From the IMG/VR virus record IMGVR_UViG_3300032086_001967, positions 1 through 25,001 of that record: 25,001 nucleotides of DNA. One strand, written 5' to 3'. Shown in pieces: positions 14,791 through 23,041 of this stretch. The position numbers and the translations under genes were made by a program. The DNA comes from a virus (lineage: Duplodnaviria > Caudoviricetes). Every line of letters starts with the position of its first letter. The first letter of the stretch is position 1. The notes beneath the pieces were generated by a model. That model was not told the DNA's origin. It was given only the letters and a program-made list of their open reading frames with translations, and did not search any database.

Positions 14791-16512
14791 ATGTGGAGCA
14801 ATAGATGGAAAAAAGGCGAAGACTACCCAGAGTGGGCAGACGCCGATGTATATAAAAAAACAATAACAGGAGGATATTTACATAATGGAGAAACACCAAG
14901 AGAAGCGTACAGAAGAGTTGCTAGAACGGTTGCGCAAAGACTACAGAAACCAGAAATGGAAGAGACGTTTTTTACGTACATATGGAAAGGTTGGTTATGT
15001 CTTGCGTCACCTGTACTTAGCAATACTGGTACTGACCGTGGCTTGCCTATTAGTTGCTTTGGTATCGATGTTGCTGATAGCATTTACGACATAGGTACTA
15101 AAAACCTAGAAATGATGCTACTAGCTAAGCATGGCGGTGGTGTTGGTATTGGTCTAAACATGATAAGACCTTCTGGTGCAAATATTACAATGAATGGTAC
15201 ATCAGATGGTGTTGTACCTTTCTGTAAAATATATGACTCTACAATACTAGCTACCAACCAAGGAGCTGTAAGAAGAGGTGCTGCATCAGTTAACTTAAAT
15301 ATAGATCATAAAGACTGGGAAGACTGGTTAGAAATAAGAGAGCCTAAAGGTGATGTTAATAGACAATCATTAAACCTACATCAATGTACTATAATTGGTG
15401 ATAAGTTTATGCGTAAGCTTAGAGATGGTGATAAAGTTGCAAGACGTAAATGGGGTAAATTGCTACAAAAGCGTAAAGCAACAGGTGAACCTTATATAAT
15501 GTACAAGGGTAATATTAATAAAAATAACCCAGCTGCATACAAAGATAATGCTCTGAAAGTATTTATGACAAATATTTGTTCAGAGATAGTATTACACACG
15601 GATGAAAACCATAGCTTCGTTTGCTGTTTATCTAGTTTAAACTTAGCTAAATACCACGAATGGAAAGACTCTAATTTAATATATGATAGCATATGGTTTT
15701 TAGACGGTGTATTAGAAGAGTTTATACAGAAAGCAAAAAATAGAAGAGGATTTGAAAACGCTGTAAGATCTGCAGAAAAAGGTAGAGCACTAGGTTTAGG
15801 TGTTTTAGGTTGGCATACATATCTACAACAAAAAGGATTTCCTTTTGAAGGATTATTAGCACAATATGAGACAAGAAGAATATTTTCACAAATTAAAATT
15901 GAAAGCGAAAGAGCTAGTATGGCTTTGGCAGAGCAGTATGGAGAACCTCTTTGGTGTGTTGGAACTGGTTTTCGTAATACTCATTTACGTGCTATTGCTC
16001 CTACTGTTAGCAATAGTAAGCTTGCTGGTAATATTTCACCGGGTATTGAACCTTGGGCTGCTAACGTCTTTACAGACCAAAGCGCAAAAGGAACTTTCAT
16101 CCGAAAAAATCCAACTTTAATAAAAGAATTAGAAAAACATAAATTAAACAATAAAAAAACATGGGACCAAATACTGAGAGACGGAGGTTCAATACAAGGT
16201 ATCAAACAATTAGAGAACGTTACTATAGGAGAACACAACGTACCTATAAAAGAAGTTTACAAAACTTTTAAAGAAATAAATCAATTAGAGTTAGTTAATC
16301 AAGCTGGTATCAGACAGCAATATATAGATCAGTCTGTAAGTTTGAATTTAGCTTTCCCTTCACAAGCAGATCCTAAATGGATTAATAAAGTACATTTAGA
16401 AGCTTGGAAAAAAGGTATTAAAACTCTATATTATATGAGAACCGAGTCTGTATTAAGAGGTGATATTGCATCTCAAGCTATGGACCCTAACTGTTTAAGT
16501 TGCGATGGATAA
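14791..16512 (+). CDS. nrdA: ribonucleotide reductase class I alpha subunit (short, no ATP cone)
   Basis: ISCF, GGGVG, TNICSEI, IAPT, KTLYY, C-terminal CLSCDG. Confidence 0.95.
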   Translation: MWSNRWKKGEDYPEWADADVYKKTITGGYLHNGETPREAYRRVARTVAQRLQKPEMEETFFTYIWKGWLCLASPVLSNTGTDRGLPISCFGIDVADSIYDIGTKNLEMMLLAKHGGGVGIGLNMIRPSGANITMNGTSDGVVPFCKIYDSTILATNQGAVRRGAASVNLNIDHKDWEDWLEIREPKGDVNRQSLNLHQCTIIGDKFMRKLRDGDKVARRKWGKLLQKRKATGEPYIMYKGNINKNNPAAYKDNALKVFMTNICSEIVLHTDENHSFVCCLSSLNLAKYHEWKDSNLIYDSIWFLDGVLEEFIQKAKNRRGFENAVRSAEKGRALGLGVLGWHTYLQQKGFPFEGLLAQYETRRIFSQIKIESERASMALAEQYGEPLWCVGTGFRNTHLRAIAPTVSNSKLAGNISPGIEPWAANVFTDQSAKGTFIRKNPTLIKELEKHKLNNKKTWDQILRDGGSIQGIKQLENVTIGEHNVPIKEVYKTFKEINQLELVNQAGIRQQYIDQSVSLNLAFPSQADPKWINKVHLEAWKKGIKTLYYMRTESVLRGDIASQAMDPNCLSCDG

Positions 16513-17332
16513 TATAACAATAAAACAAATACTAGATCCAGTCGATCCTAAGAGGTTCTGGCTGAACTATTGGGGTAAAAAACATTTAGTTATTAGAAGA
16601 AATACATTTAAAAATTTATTTAAATGGCATGATTTTACTAATTTATTAAATGGTTACCCTAGAAATTTAAACCACTTACAGATACTAGATTATGATGGTA
16701 AAGGTAATAAGTGGTGTTTAGATAAAGTAAATAAAGGTAAATTAAAATTACCTATGTTAAAGAAAAAAGAAGTATTAGACCTGTGGAGGTCTGGTAAAAC
16801 ATTTGTTCTTTCAATGGCAGAATATACTAAACAAGACTTTGTTGAAATATGCGATGAGCTTGAAAGATATTTTGAAAGAGGTCAAGTTAATATATATTGC
16901 TCAAGTAAAAAAGATGCTGTTGGTTTTCCAGCGCATTGCGATAGTACAGAAAACTTTTTGTTTCATACAGAGGGTAAAGTTAAATGGACTATATATGATA
17001 ACTCTGCACCTGAAAGAAAACCTGGAAAGGTTATTGATGAGTTTGTTTTAGAAGCTGGAGATTTATTGTACATACCACAGTACAGATACCATAAAGCCGA
17101 ATCACTTACGCCTAGAATATCTATAAGTATTCATTTTCCAAACAAACAAAATCAATCATTAAAAAAGTTTCAGATAACTAAAAAAGGTGTGAAAAGAGAT
17201 GGTTGGTATAACTGGATGCCCGAAGATTTATATTATGATGCTAAAGGTAATAGCACAAGAGATGTACCTAGAAAATTTAGGATGGGCGGAACACGATGGA
17301 AAGAAACGTATTTTAATAATTTAAAAAAATGA
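16505..17332 (+). CDS. JmjC / cupin-4 2-oxoglutarate-Fe(II) oxygenase
   Basis: YWGKKHLVIRR, HCD...EGKVKW...AGDLLYIP...H facial triad. Confidence 0.85.
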   Translation: MDNITIKQILDPVDPKRFWLNYWGKKHLVIRRNTFKNLFKWHDFTNLLNGYPRNLNHLQILDYDGKGNKWCLDKVNKGKLKLPMLKKKEVLDLWRSGKTFVLSMAEYTKQDFVEICDELERYFERGQVNIYCSSKKDAVGFPAHCDSTENFLFHTEGKVKWTIYDNSAPERKPGKVIDEFVLEAGDLLYIPQYRYHKAESLTPRISISIHFPNKQNQSLKKFQITKKGVKRDGWYNWMPEDLYYDAKGNSTRDVPRKFRMGGTRWKETYFNNLKK

Positions 17333-17529
17333 ATAGAGTAGCAATAGTAGAAGCTCCTCACAATATTAGAAACGCAACGTTAATGCCTAATTTGAATAAG
17401 GCGTTTTGCGCTAAATGGGTTATTGACAATGTAGAAAAGATAGAGGATATTGAAACAAAGGATTATGATTGTTTAATATTGTTTGGTGATAAAGAAAAAT
17501 TACAAAAAATAGTAAATGAAAGCAGGTAA
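17329..17529 (+). CDS. hypothetical protein
   Basis: ORF track; overlaps both neighbours. Confidence 0.6.
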   Translation: MNRVAIVEAPHNIRNATLMPNLNKAFCAKWVIDNVEKIEDIETKDYDCLILFGDKEKLQKIVNESR

Positions 17530-17860
17530 AATATGGGGTAAAACAGAAATGATACATAAAAATGGTGTCATGGAGTTTCACCGAATAGAATTTAATAAAG
17601 GATTTAAATGCTCTGAACATGAGCATAGATTTAAATGGAACGGATTTTTTGTAGAATCCGGTAAAATGCTTGTCAGGGTATGGCAAGAAGATCAAGGTCT
17701 TGTTGATGAAACAATACTTGAAGCAGGTGATTTTACTATGGTAAAACCTGGTAAGATACATCAGTTTGAAGGTGTTGAAGATGGTGTTGCTTTTGAATTA
17801 TATTGGGCTGAGTTTAATCACGATGATATAATCAGAAGAACAGCTGGTACTAAGACATGA
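17516..17860 (+). CDS. cupin, sugar isomerase-like
   Basis: K.WG, SEHEH...FFVESG, PGKIHQF cupin motifs. Confidence 0.8.
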   Translation: MKAGKIWGKTEMIHKNGVMEFHRIEFNKGFKCSEHEHRFKWNGFFVESGKMLVRVWQEDQGLVDETILEAGDFTMVKPGKIHQFEGVEDGVAFELYWAEFNHDDIIRRTAGTKT

Positions 17861-18495
17861 AAAACATAGCGGTAGTTATACCAGCAAGACTTAATAGTAC
17901 TAGACTCAAACACAAAATGTTAATGAAGTTCGATGATGAACCTCTAATACGTCTTGTGTTTGATAAAGTACGTATGATGGGATATGATACATTTGTAGCA
18001 ACAGACAGCAAGCGTATTGCTAAACTGTTTCCTATGAAATGGTGTATACAAACAGGTAAAGCCGATAACGGTACACATAGATTATCTAAACGAGTTGTAT
18101 TAGATTTAGTAAATGGATATGATTATGTATTAAACATACAAGGTGATATGCTTGATATAAATCTAGATACAATTAAACCTATAATAAAAGCATTAAACAA
18201 AAAAGATGTAGTATGTTTAACTGCATATACTAAAGGCGCTAAATCAGATGATGTTAAAGTTATACATCAAAATGGTAAAGCAATGTGGTTTACAAGATCT
18301 GACATAGGTTATGGTGATAGACACTTAGGTATATATGCTTATAAACCTTATTTGTTAAAAGCATATAGAGCTATGAAAGATAAATATAAATCAGAAAACT
18401 TAGAACAAAACAAAATATTAGGTTTATACGATATTGATGTAGTTGAAACTACATATAATGGCGTAGAAATTAACACTTATAATGATATAAAATGA
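17857..18495 (+). CDS. kdsB: CMP-Kdo synthetase (3-deoxy-manno-octulosonate cytidylyltransferase)
   Basis: IPARLNSTRL..K, GT.R, NIQGD, HLGIYAY, E.LEQ. Confidence 0.85.
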   Translation: MKNIAVVIPARLNSTRLKHKMLMKFDDEPLIRLVFDKVRMMGYDTFVATDSKRIAKLFPMKWCIQTGKADNGTHRLSKRVVLDLVNGYDYVLNIQGDMLDINLDTIKPIIKALNKKDVVCLTAYTKGAKSDDVKVIHQNGKAMWFTRSDIGYGDRHLGIYAYKPYLLKAYRAMKDKYKSENLEQNKILGLYDIDVVETTYNGVEINTYNDIK

Positions 18496-19118
18496 AATAT
18501 GCAGAAAAATACAAAGCACTACACGAAGGTGCTGAATATAAAATAAAATATCCAGACGGCGAATGGAGAGTAAAAAAAGGTAACTATGGTAATGGTGCAG
18601 GTTTTAAAACTGTACTAAAACCTGTTAAAAAGTGGGTTGATGAAAACCCTGGCACAATGTTATTAGATTATGGTTGTGGATCTGGTATGGTTTGGGATAA
18701 TAAAATGGCTATTTACAACGGTGAAAAATATACTAAACCAGGTAAACGTGTTCCTGAAAAATATGACGCCATGACACTTACACAGTTTCTTGGTGAAAAC
18801 TTACAGGGTTTTTACAGGTACGATCCTTTTCACCCTAAGTATTATATGAGACCACCAGATATTAAATTTGATTTAACAGTTGTTAATGATGTTATAGAGC
18901 ACGTGCCATTAGAAGAGCTGCCTGCATTGTTAAGAGATATAGCTGATTTAACGTGTACTTGTGGCGCAATAGTAATGTCAATACCACAAAGCCCTTCACA
19001 CGCGCATTTTATGGACGGTGAAAATATGCACTGCACGTTAATGCCAAGAGGTGAGTGGAAAAAATTATTAAGAAAATATATACCAAAACATAAAATAATA
19101 ATAAATTTTACTCCATGA
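18492..19118 (+). CDS. class I SAM-dependent methyltransferase
   Basis: LLDYGCGSG, YDP, DVIEHVP. Confidence 0.85.
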   Translation: MKYAEKYKALHEGAEYKIKYPDGEWRVKKGNYGNGAGFKTVLKPVKKWVDENPGTMLLDYGCGSGMVWDNKMAIYNGEKYTKPGKRVPEKYDAMTLTQFLGENLQGFYRYDPFHPKYYMRPPDIKFDLTVVNDVIEHVPLEELPALLRDIADLTCTCGAIVMSIPQSPSHAHFMDGENMHCTLMPRGEWKKLLRKYIPKHKIIINFTP

Positions 19119-19867
19119 AAAAACCGATATTAATAGCTGGTCCGTGTAGTCTAGAAGGTAGAATACAAGCTCATGAAATATCTAACAAATGTCAAGAGCT
19201 AGCGGACAAATATGGCTTTGACTATTATTTCAAAGCTTCATTTGACAAGGCTAATAGAACGTCTGTAAACTCTAAACGAGGTATTGGTATAGACAAAGCT
19301 ATAGATATATTTGCTGAGTTGAAAGATTTAGATAGTTGTAAGATTACAACAGATATACATGAGCCTTGGCAAGCAGATAGGTTAGCTGACGTTGTAGACA
19401 TTATACAAATACCAGCTTATTTATGTAGACAAACTGATTTATTAGTTGCTGCAGGTAATACGTTTAGAAATATTAATATTAAAAAAGGACAGTTTATAAA
19501 TGGTAGTAATATGGTGCATGCTGTTAATAAAGTTAAAAGTACAGGTAATAATAATATTATGCTAACTGAAAGAGGTAGTATGTTTGGTATGGGTGATCTT
19601 GTTGTAGATTTTAGACAGATCGTAGATATGAAAGAGTTAGGTGTACCAGTTATAATGGACTGCACCCACTCAACACAAAGACCTAATTCAGGTAGCACAA
19701 CGGCTGGTCAACCACGCTATGCTATACACATTGCAAAAGCTGCGAAAGCAGTTGGCGTTGATGGTTACTTTTTTGAAGTACACGAAAATCCTAGCGCTGC
19801 ATGGAGTGACGGGTCTAATATGATTAAGTTAGATAAATTTGAAGAAATATTAAAACAATTAGTATGA
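19115..19867 (+). CDS. kdsA: Kdo-8-phosphate synthase (metal-dependent type)
   Basis: IAGPC, KASFDKANRTS, QIPAYLCRQTDL, NIKKGQF, ERG, D.THS.Q.P. Confidence 0.95.
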   Translation: MKKPILIAGPCSLEGRIQAHEISNKCQELADKYGFDYYFKASFDKANRTSVNSKRGIGIDKAIDIFAELKDLDSCKITTDIHEPWQADRLADVVDIIQIPAYLCRQTDLLVAAGNTFRNINIKKGQFINGSNMVHAVNKVKSTGNNNIMLTERGSMFGMGDLVVDFRQIVDMKELGVPVIMDCTHSTQRPNSGSTTAGQPRYAIHIAKAAKAVGVDGYFFEVHENPSAAWSDGSNMIKLDKFEEILKQLV

Positions 19868-20514
19868 GAGTATTTATAGGGCATGATAGCAGATACCCAG
19901 ACGCTACTAAAGCATGCTACAATTCGATTAAAGCATATAACAAAAACATTAAAGTAATACCTTTATATAAACATAAGTTAATAAACAAAGGTGTGTATGG
20001 TAGAAAAGATATACAAGGTGAATCAACAGAGTTTTCATTTACTAGGTTTTATGTGCCACTTATGTCTGCCTACAAAGGTGTGTCTATGTTTTGTGATAAT
20101 GACTTTATATTTAGAGATGATGTTGCTAAAATTTTTAAACAACTAAACGATAGAGATTTAGTAGCTTGTGTTAAGCATAAGTATTATGAATCAAAATCTA
20201 CCAAAATGGACGGCATTGTAAATAAAGCGTATCCAAGAAAAAACTGGAGTTCATTAATGGTTTTTAATAATGAAAAGTTAAAAGATATTTTAACAAAAGA
20301 ATATTTAGACAATGCTAGCGCTGCGGATTTACACCAATTAGCTTGGGCTGAAAACAAAATAAGTGAGATTGATAAAATATGGAATCATTTAGTTGGAGAA
20401 CAAGATGGTTCTAGTAACGCTAAGGGTATACACTTTACAAATGGTGGACCTTGGTTTAAAGAGTATAAAGATTGTGAATTTGCAAATGAATGGAGAAAGA
20501 TATTAGGAAAATAG
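19864..20514 (+). CDS. GT-A fold glycosyltransferase (GT8/Cdi-like)
   Basis: STEFSFTRF, DxD (DND), YPRKNWSS, WNHLVG, HFTNGGPW. Confidence 0.85.
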   Translation: MRVFIGHDSRYPDATKACYNSIKAYNKNIKVIPLYKHKLINKGVYGRKDIQGESTEFSFTRFYVPLMSAYKGVSMFCDNDFIFRDDVAKIFKQLNDRDLVACVKHKYYESKSTKMDGIVNKAYPRKNWSSLMVFNNEKLKDILTKEYLDNASAADLHQLAWAENKISEIDKIWNHLVGEQDGSSNAKGIHFTNGGPWFKEYKDCEFANEWRKILGK

Positions 20515-21317
20515 TAAAAGATAAATCAGTTATATTTGTTGGTAATTCTGTAGAAATAATGAAGCATGAACATGCTAAATTTATAGAAAGCCACGATATA
20601 GTTGTTAAGTTTGGTAGAGCATTAGAAGCTACATCATTACAAGAAAAATCACTAAGCGAAAGAGTTGATGTATGGGTTACTGGTCAGTTTAGATCTCATG
20701 CGTTTAGAAAAATGAAAGATCATTTTAAACCTGGTGGTAAGTTTGAAAATACACATATATTACTAAATAGATCAAGAGGTAACTTTCATTTAAAAGAGTT
20801 TGTTATTGAAAAACATATGTGTCCTCATTTAATAAAATATGGTTATCAAGAAATGTATAGTGATAAAGAAATTATTGATACTATGAAAGTTTTTGATAAA
20901 GATATTATAGGTACTGATCTTAGACCATCAAGTGGTTTTCTAACTATATTGTGGTTTATAGAAAAAGTTAAAACATATAAAAGCTTATCATTGATAGGCT
21001 TTGATTTCTTTACAAAATCAACACCAGCTAAAAGAGTTGGATATAATAAAAAATCTAAAAAATCAAACATAAGCGCACACGATCCACATAGCTGGCATTT
21101 ACCTATATATTTAAGGGCAGCAAGTGCTCATGATACTTATCTCGAAGAACAATTTGTTTCTTGGTTAACAAGAACAAATCAAGTTACTTGGCATATATTA
21201 AGTGATTTAAAAAAGAGAAGTATTAAGTATACAGGCTGGGCAAAGAACTTACCAATGATAATAACAGCCTCTAATGAAAGAACTAAATATTACAAATCAA
21301 GGGTTAAAACTACTTAG
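20490..21317 (+). CDS. GT29-like (sialyltransferase-fold) glycosyltransferase, candidate Kdo transferase
   Basis: L-motif-like VGNS...IESHDIVV; S-motif-like PSSG...LIGFDFF; VS-like H-x4-E (HDTYLE). Confidence 0.75.
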   Translation: MEKDIRKIVKDKSVIFVGNSVEIMKHEHAKFIESHDIVVKFGRALEATSLQEKSLSERVDVWVTGQFRSHAFRKMKDHFKPGGKFENTHILLNRSRGNFHLKEFVIEKHMCPHLIKYGYQEMYSDKEIIDTMKVFDKDIIGTDLRPSSGFLTILWFIEKVKTYKSLSLIGFDFFTKSTPAKRVGYNKKSKKSNISAHDPHSWHLPIYLRAASAHDTYLEEQFVSWLTRTNQVTWHILSDLKKRSIKYTGWAKNLPMIITASNERTKYYKSRVKTT

Positions 21318-21564
21318 CGCCACAAGGCTTACCATTAGCTATATTAACCCATTTTTCTTTTTGGAACCAATCACGTAGTGTAGCTCCTTTTTTTCTAGCG
21401 CCTTTTACATTAGACTTACTAGATCTTTTATATTTACCTTGAGCTGCAGCACTACGTTTAGCACGTATTACTTTTTGCTTTTCAGCTTTGCTCATGCTTT
21501 TGTATTTATTATATGGCAAACAAACTTTCTTTGTTCCACCACCTTTAATTTTACTTTTTGGCAT
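21310..21564 (-). CDS. basic hypothetical protein (LxxWFxxEKWV...KPCG motif)
   Basis: ORF track 21310..21585; likely start ATG 21564. Confidence 0.7.
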   Translation of the reverse strand: MPKSKIKGGGTKKVCLPYNKYKSMSKAEKQKVIRAKRSAAAQGKYKRSSKSNVKGARKKGATLRDWFQKEKWVNIANGKPCGAK

Positions 21565-21673
21565 TTTTAGGTTTTTTATGACCACATCCTTTCTTCATAA
21601 GTGCTTTATGTTTTCTAAGACTACTTACATCATGGACAGATCCGTCCTTACAATACATTTTATGATTTTTCAT
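21551..21673 (-). CDS. small basic protein (40 aa, MKNHKMYCKDG...)
   Basis: Read by hand; overlaps both neighbours. Confidence 0.55.
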   Translation of the reverse strand: MKNHKMYCKDGSVHDVSSLRKHKALMKKGCGHKKPKNAKK

Positions 21674-22052
21674 TTTTTGATTTTAAAGTTTTATTAGCAT
21701 CTTGTTCCCATGGTAATTTTCTACTCTTTGTATTTATTTGATCAGTAGCTATTTTTAAGCTTTTACCGCCTGGGTTAGCTTTCCATTTGTAGTATAAACT
21801 ATTAAATTGTAATTGAGGTTCATGATCTTTACCAAATAAACTCATTTGTCTTTTGTGTCCTTTTTCATGCTTTATAGTTTCAAGCATTTGTTTAGGTTTT
21901 AAATCTTTATTTACAAATATAGTTTTATTCTCATCAATATAACCCCAATGTTTTCCACTAGGCATATCAACAAGCTTAACGACATTATCTAGTTTGTTAG
22001 AACTTGGATGCAAGCTTAACAACTGATGAAAAGATTTCATTTTAAATCCCAT
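21660..22052 (-). CDS. HExxH zinc-peptidase-like protein
   Basis: HEKGH followed by LPWEQDA. Confidence 0.65.
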   Translation of the reverse strand: MGFKMKSFHQLLSLHPSSNKLDNVVKLVDMPSGKHWGYIDENKTIFVNKDLKPKQMLETIKHEKGHKRQMSLFGKDHEPQLQFNSLYYKWKANPGGKSLKIATDQINTKSRKLPWEQDANKTLKSKNEKS

Positions 22053-22156
22053 TACTTCTTTTTTCTTCTAGTTTTTCTTTTGGTTTTTTTACCTTTTTTC
22101 TTTTCGTTTTTTGATGCCCAAACCGCTTTACGTTGAGCTGCACTAGCATATCCCAT
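22052..22156 (-). CDS. small basic protein (34 aa, MGYASAAQRKAVWASK...)
   Basis: Read by hand; TAATG coupling at both ends. Confidence 0.6.
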   Translation of the reverse strand: MGYASAAQRKAVWASKNEKKKGKKTKRKTRRKKK

Positions 22157-22245
22157 TATCTTCTTTTTTTAATTTTTACACAACTACCTTTAGAGTATTT
22201 TTTAGTGCCAGCTTTTCTTTTGTAGCCTTTCCAGCACTTAGGCAT
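22156..22245 (-). CDS. small basic protein (29 aa, CWKGY motif)
   Basis: Read by hand: MPKCWKGYKRKAGTKKYSKGSCVKIKKRR. Confidence 0.6.
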   Translation of the reverse strand: MPKCWKGYKRKAGTKKYSKGSCVKIKKRR

Positions 22246-22249
22246 GTAA

Positions 22250-22390
22250 TTATTTTTTACCACCTTTTCCCATTTTACCTGGTCCGCCTTTTTTAGTGCA
22301 TCTTACACCCCATCCTGAAGCGTAGGCGCTAGGCCATACTTTAAATTTTCTTTTTGCAGCTGATTTACAAGCTGGACTAATTTTTCCCAT
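22250..22390 (-). CDS. small basic protein (46 aa, KVWPSAYASG motif)
   Basis: Read by hand: MGKISPACKSAAKRKFKVWPSAYASGWGVRCTKKGG... Confidence 0.65.
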   Translation of the reverse strand: MGKISPACKSAAKRKFKVWPSAYASGWGVRCTKKGGPGKMGKGGKK

Positions 22391-22604
22391 TTCCTTTAAT
22401 TTTTTCGATTGAACTAATACCAAAGCAACCTAGTGTAACCCATACAAATGAGTTATAAACTACTTCATTAATAATAAGATCTTTTTCAGCTATCACACTT
22501 GTTGCTAAATCTGCTACAGCAAATAATGTCATTACTATAAATGACATAAATCCTATAACATTTTTTTCATTAATTTCGTTTTTATCTTTAAATAATGCCC
22601 ACAT
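22377..22604 (-). CDS. small two-TM membrane protein (holin candidate)
   Basis: Two hydrophobic segments and a basic C-terminus; near the endolysin. Confidence 0.5.
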   Translation of the reverse strand: MWALFKDKNEINEKNVIGFMSFIVMTLFAVADLATSVIAEKDLIINEVVYNSFVWVTLGCFGISSIEKIKGNGKN

Positions 22605-22609
22605 AATAT

Positions 22610-22777
22610 TTATTTTTTACCACCACGTGAATATGGAAATAAAGCATTCATAGCTTTACGCCTACCTTCACAACCACATGGTATATTTAAACCTTTTGAT
22701 ACTCTATCTACAGCTGTCTTAATGCCAGTCTTAGTAGTGAATTTATGTATAGTGTCTCCTAATCCTCTTGATTTCAT
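22610..22777 (-). CDS. small protein (GLGD...CGC..R motif)
   Basis: ORF track 22610..22822; likely start ATG 22777. Confidence 0.7.
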   Translation of the reverse strand: MKSRGLGDTIHKFTTKTGIKTAVDRVSKGLNIPCGCEGRRKAMNALFPYSRGGKK

Positions 22778-22781
22778 AATA

Positions 22782-23039
22782 TTAACATTTCCATCTACGT
22801 CTAGCAGCTTTACCTCTTTCACCGGTCCAACCTTTTGATCTAGCGCAAAATGATTTTCTTCGTTTAGCAGCTTTACTACCAGGCTTTACTTTACCTGTTA
22901 CTGCTGTTTTTAATTTACTACCAGGGTTTTTACGTTTATAAGCTGCAACTCCTTTTTTAGTCATACCAGCACCTTCTTTAGTAGTTCTAAAGTTTCTATT
23001 CTTACCTTTAGTAGTTTTTCTTACGTCTGGTTTTGGCAT
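22782..23039 (-). CDS. basic protein (RRKSFCAR...W.C motif)
   Basis: ORF track; motif recalled from uncharacterised phage proteins. Confidence 0.75.
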   Translation of the reverse strand: MPKPDVRKTTKGKNRNFRTTKEGAGMTKKGVAAYKRKNPGSKLKTAVTGKVKPGSKAAKRRKSFCARSKGWTGERGKAARRRWKC

Positions 23040-23041
23040 AA

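Noticed and set aside
9368-16512. Introns or inteins in the helicase, synthase or RNR genes
   Set aside because: ORFs are continuous and of normal or minimal length; no intein ends or homing endonuclease insert seen
4227-21070. Numerous minus-strand and alternate-frame ORFs in the track (for example 5853..6260, 14823..15083, 15866..16120, 17420..17761, 19417..19698)
   Set aside because: Shadow ORFs overlapping well-supported genes, with no recognisable motifs
21290-21330. Bidirectional terminator at the strand convergence
   Set aside because: The opposing ORFs overlap by 8 nt and no GC hairpin with U-tract is visible
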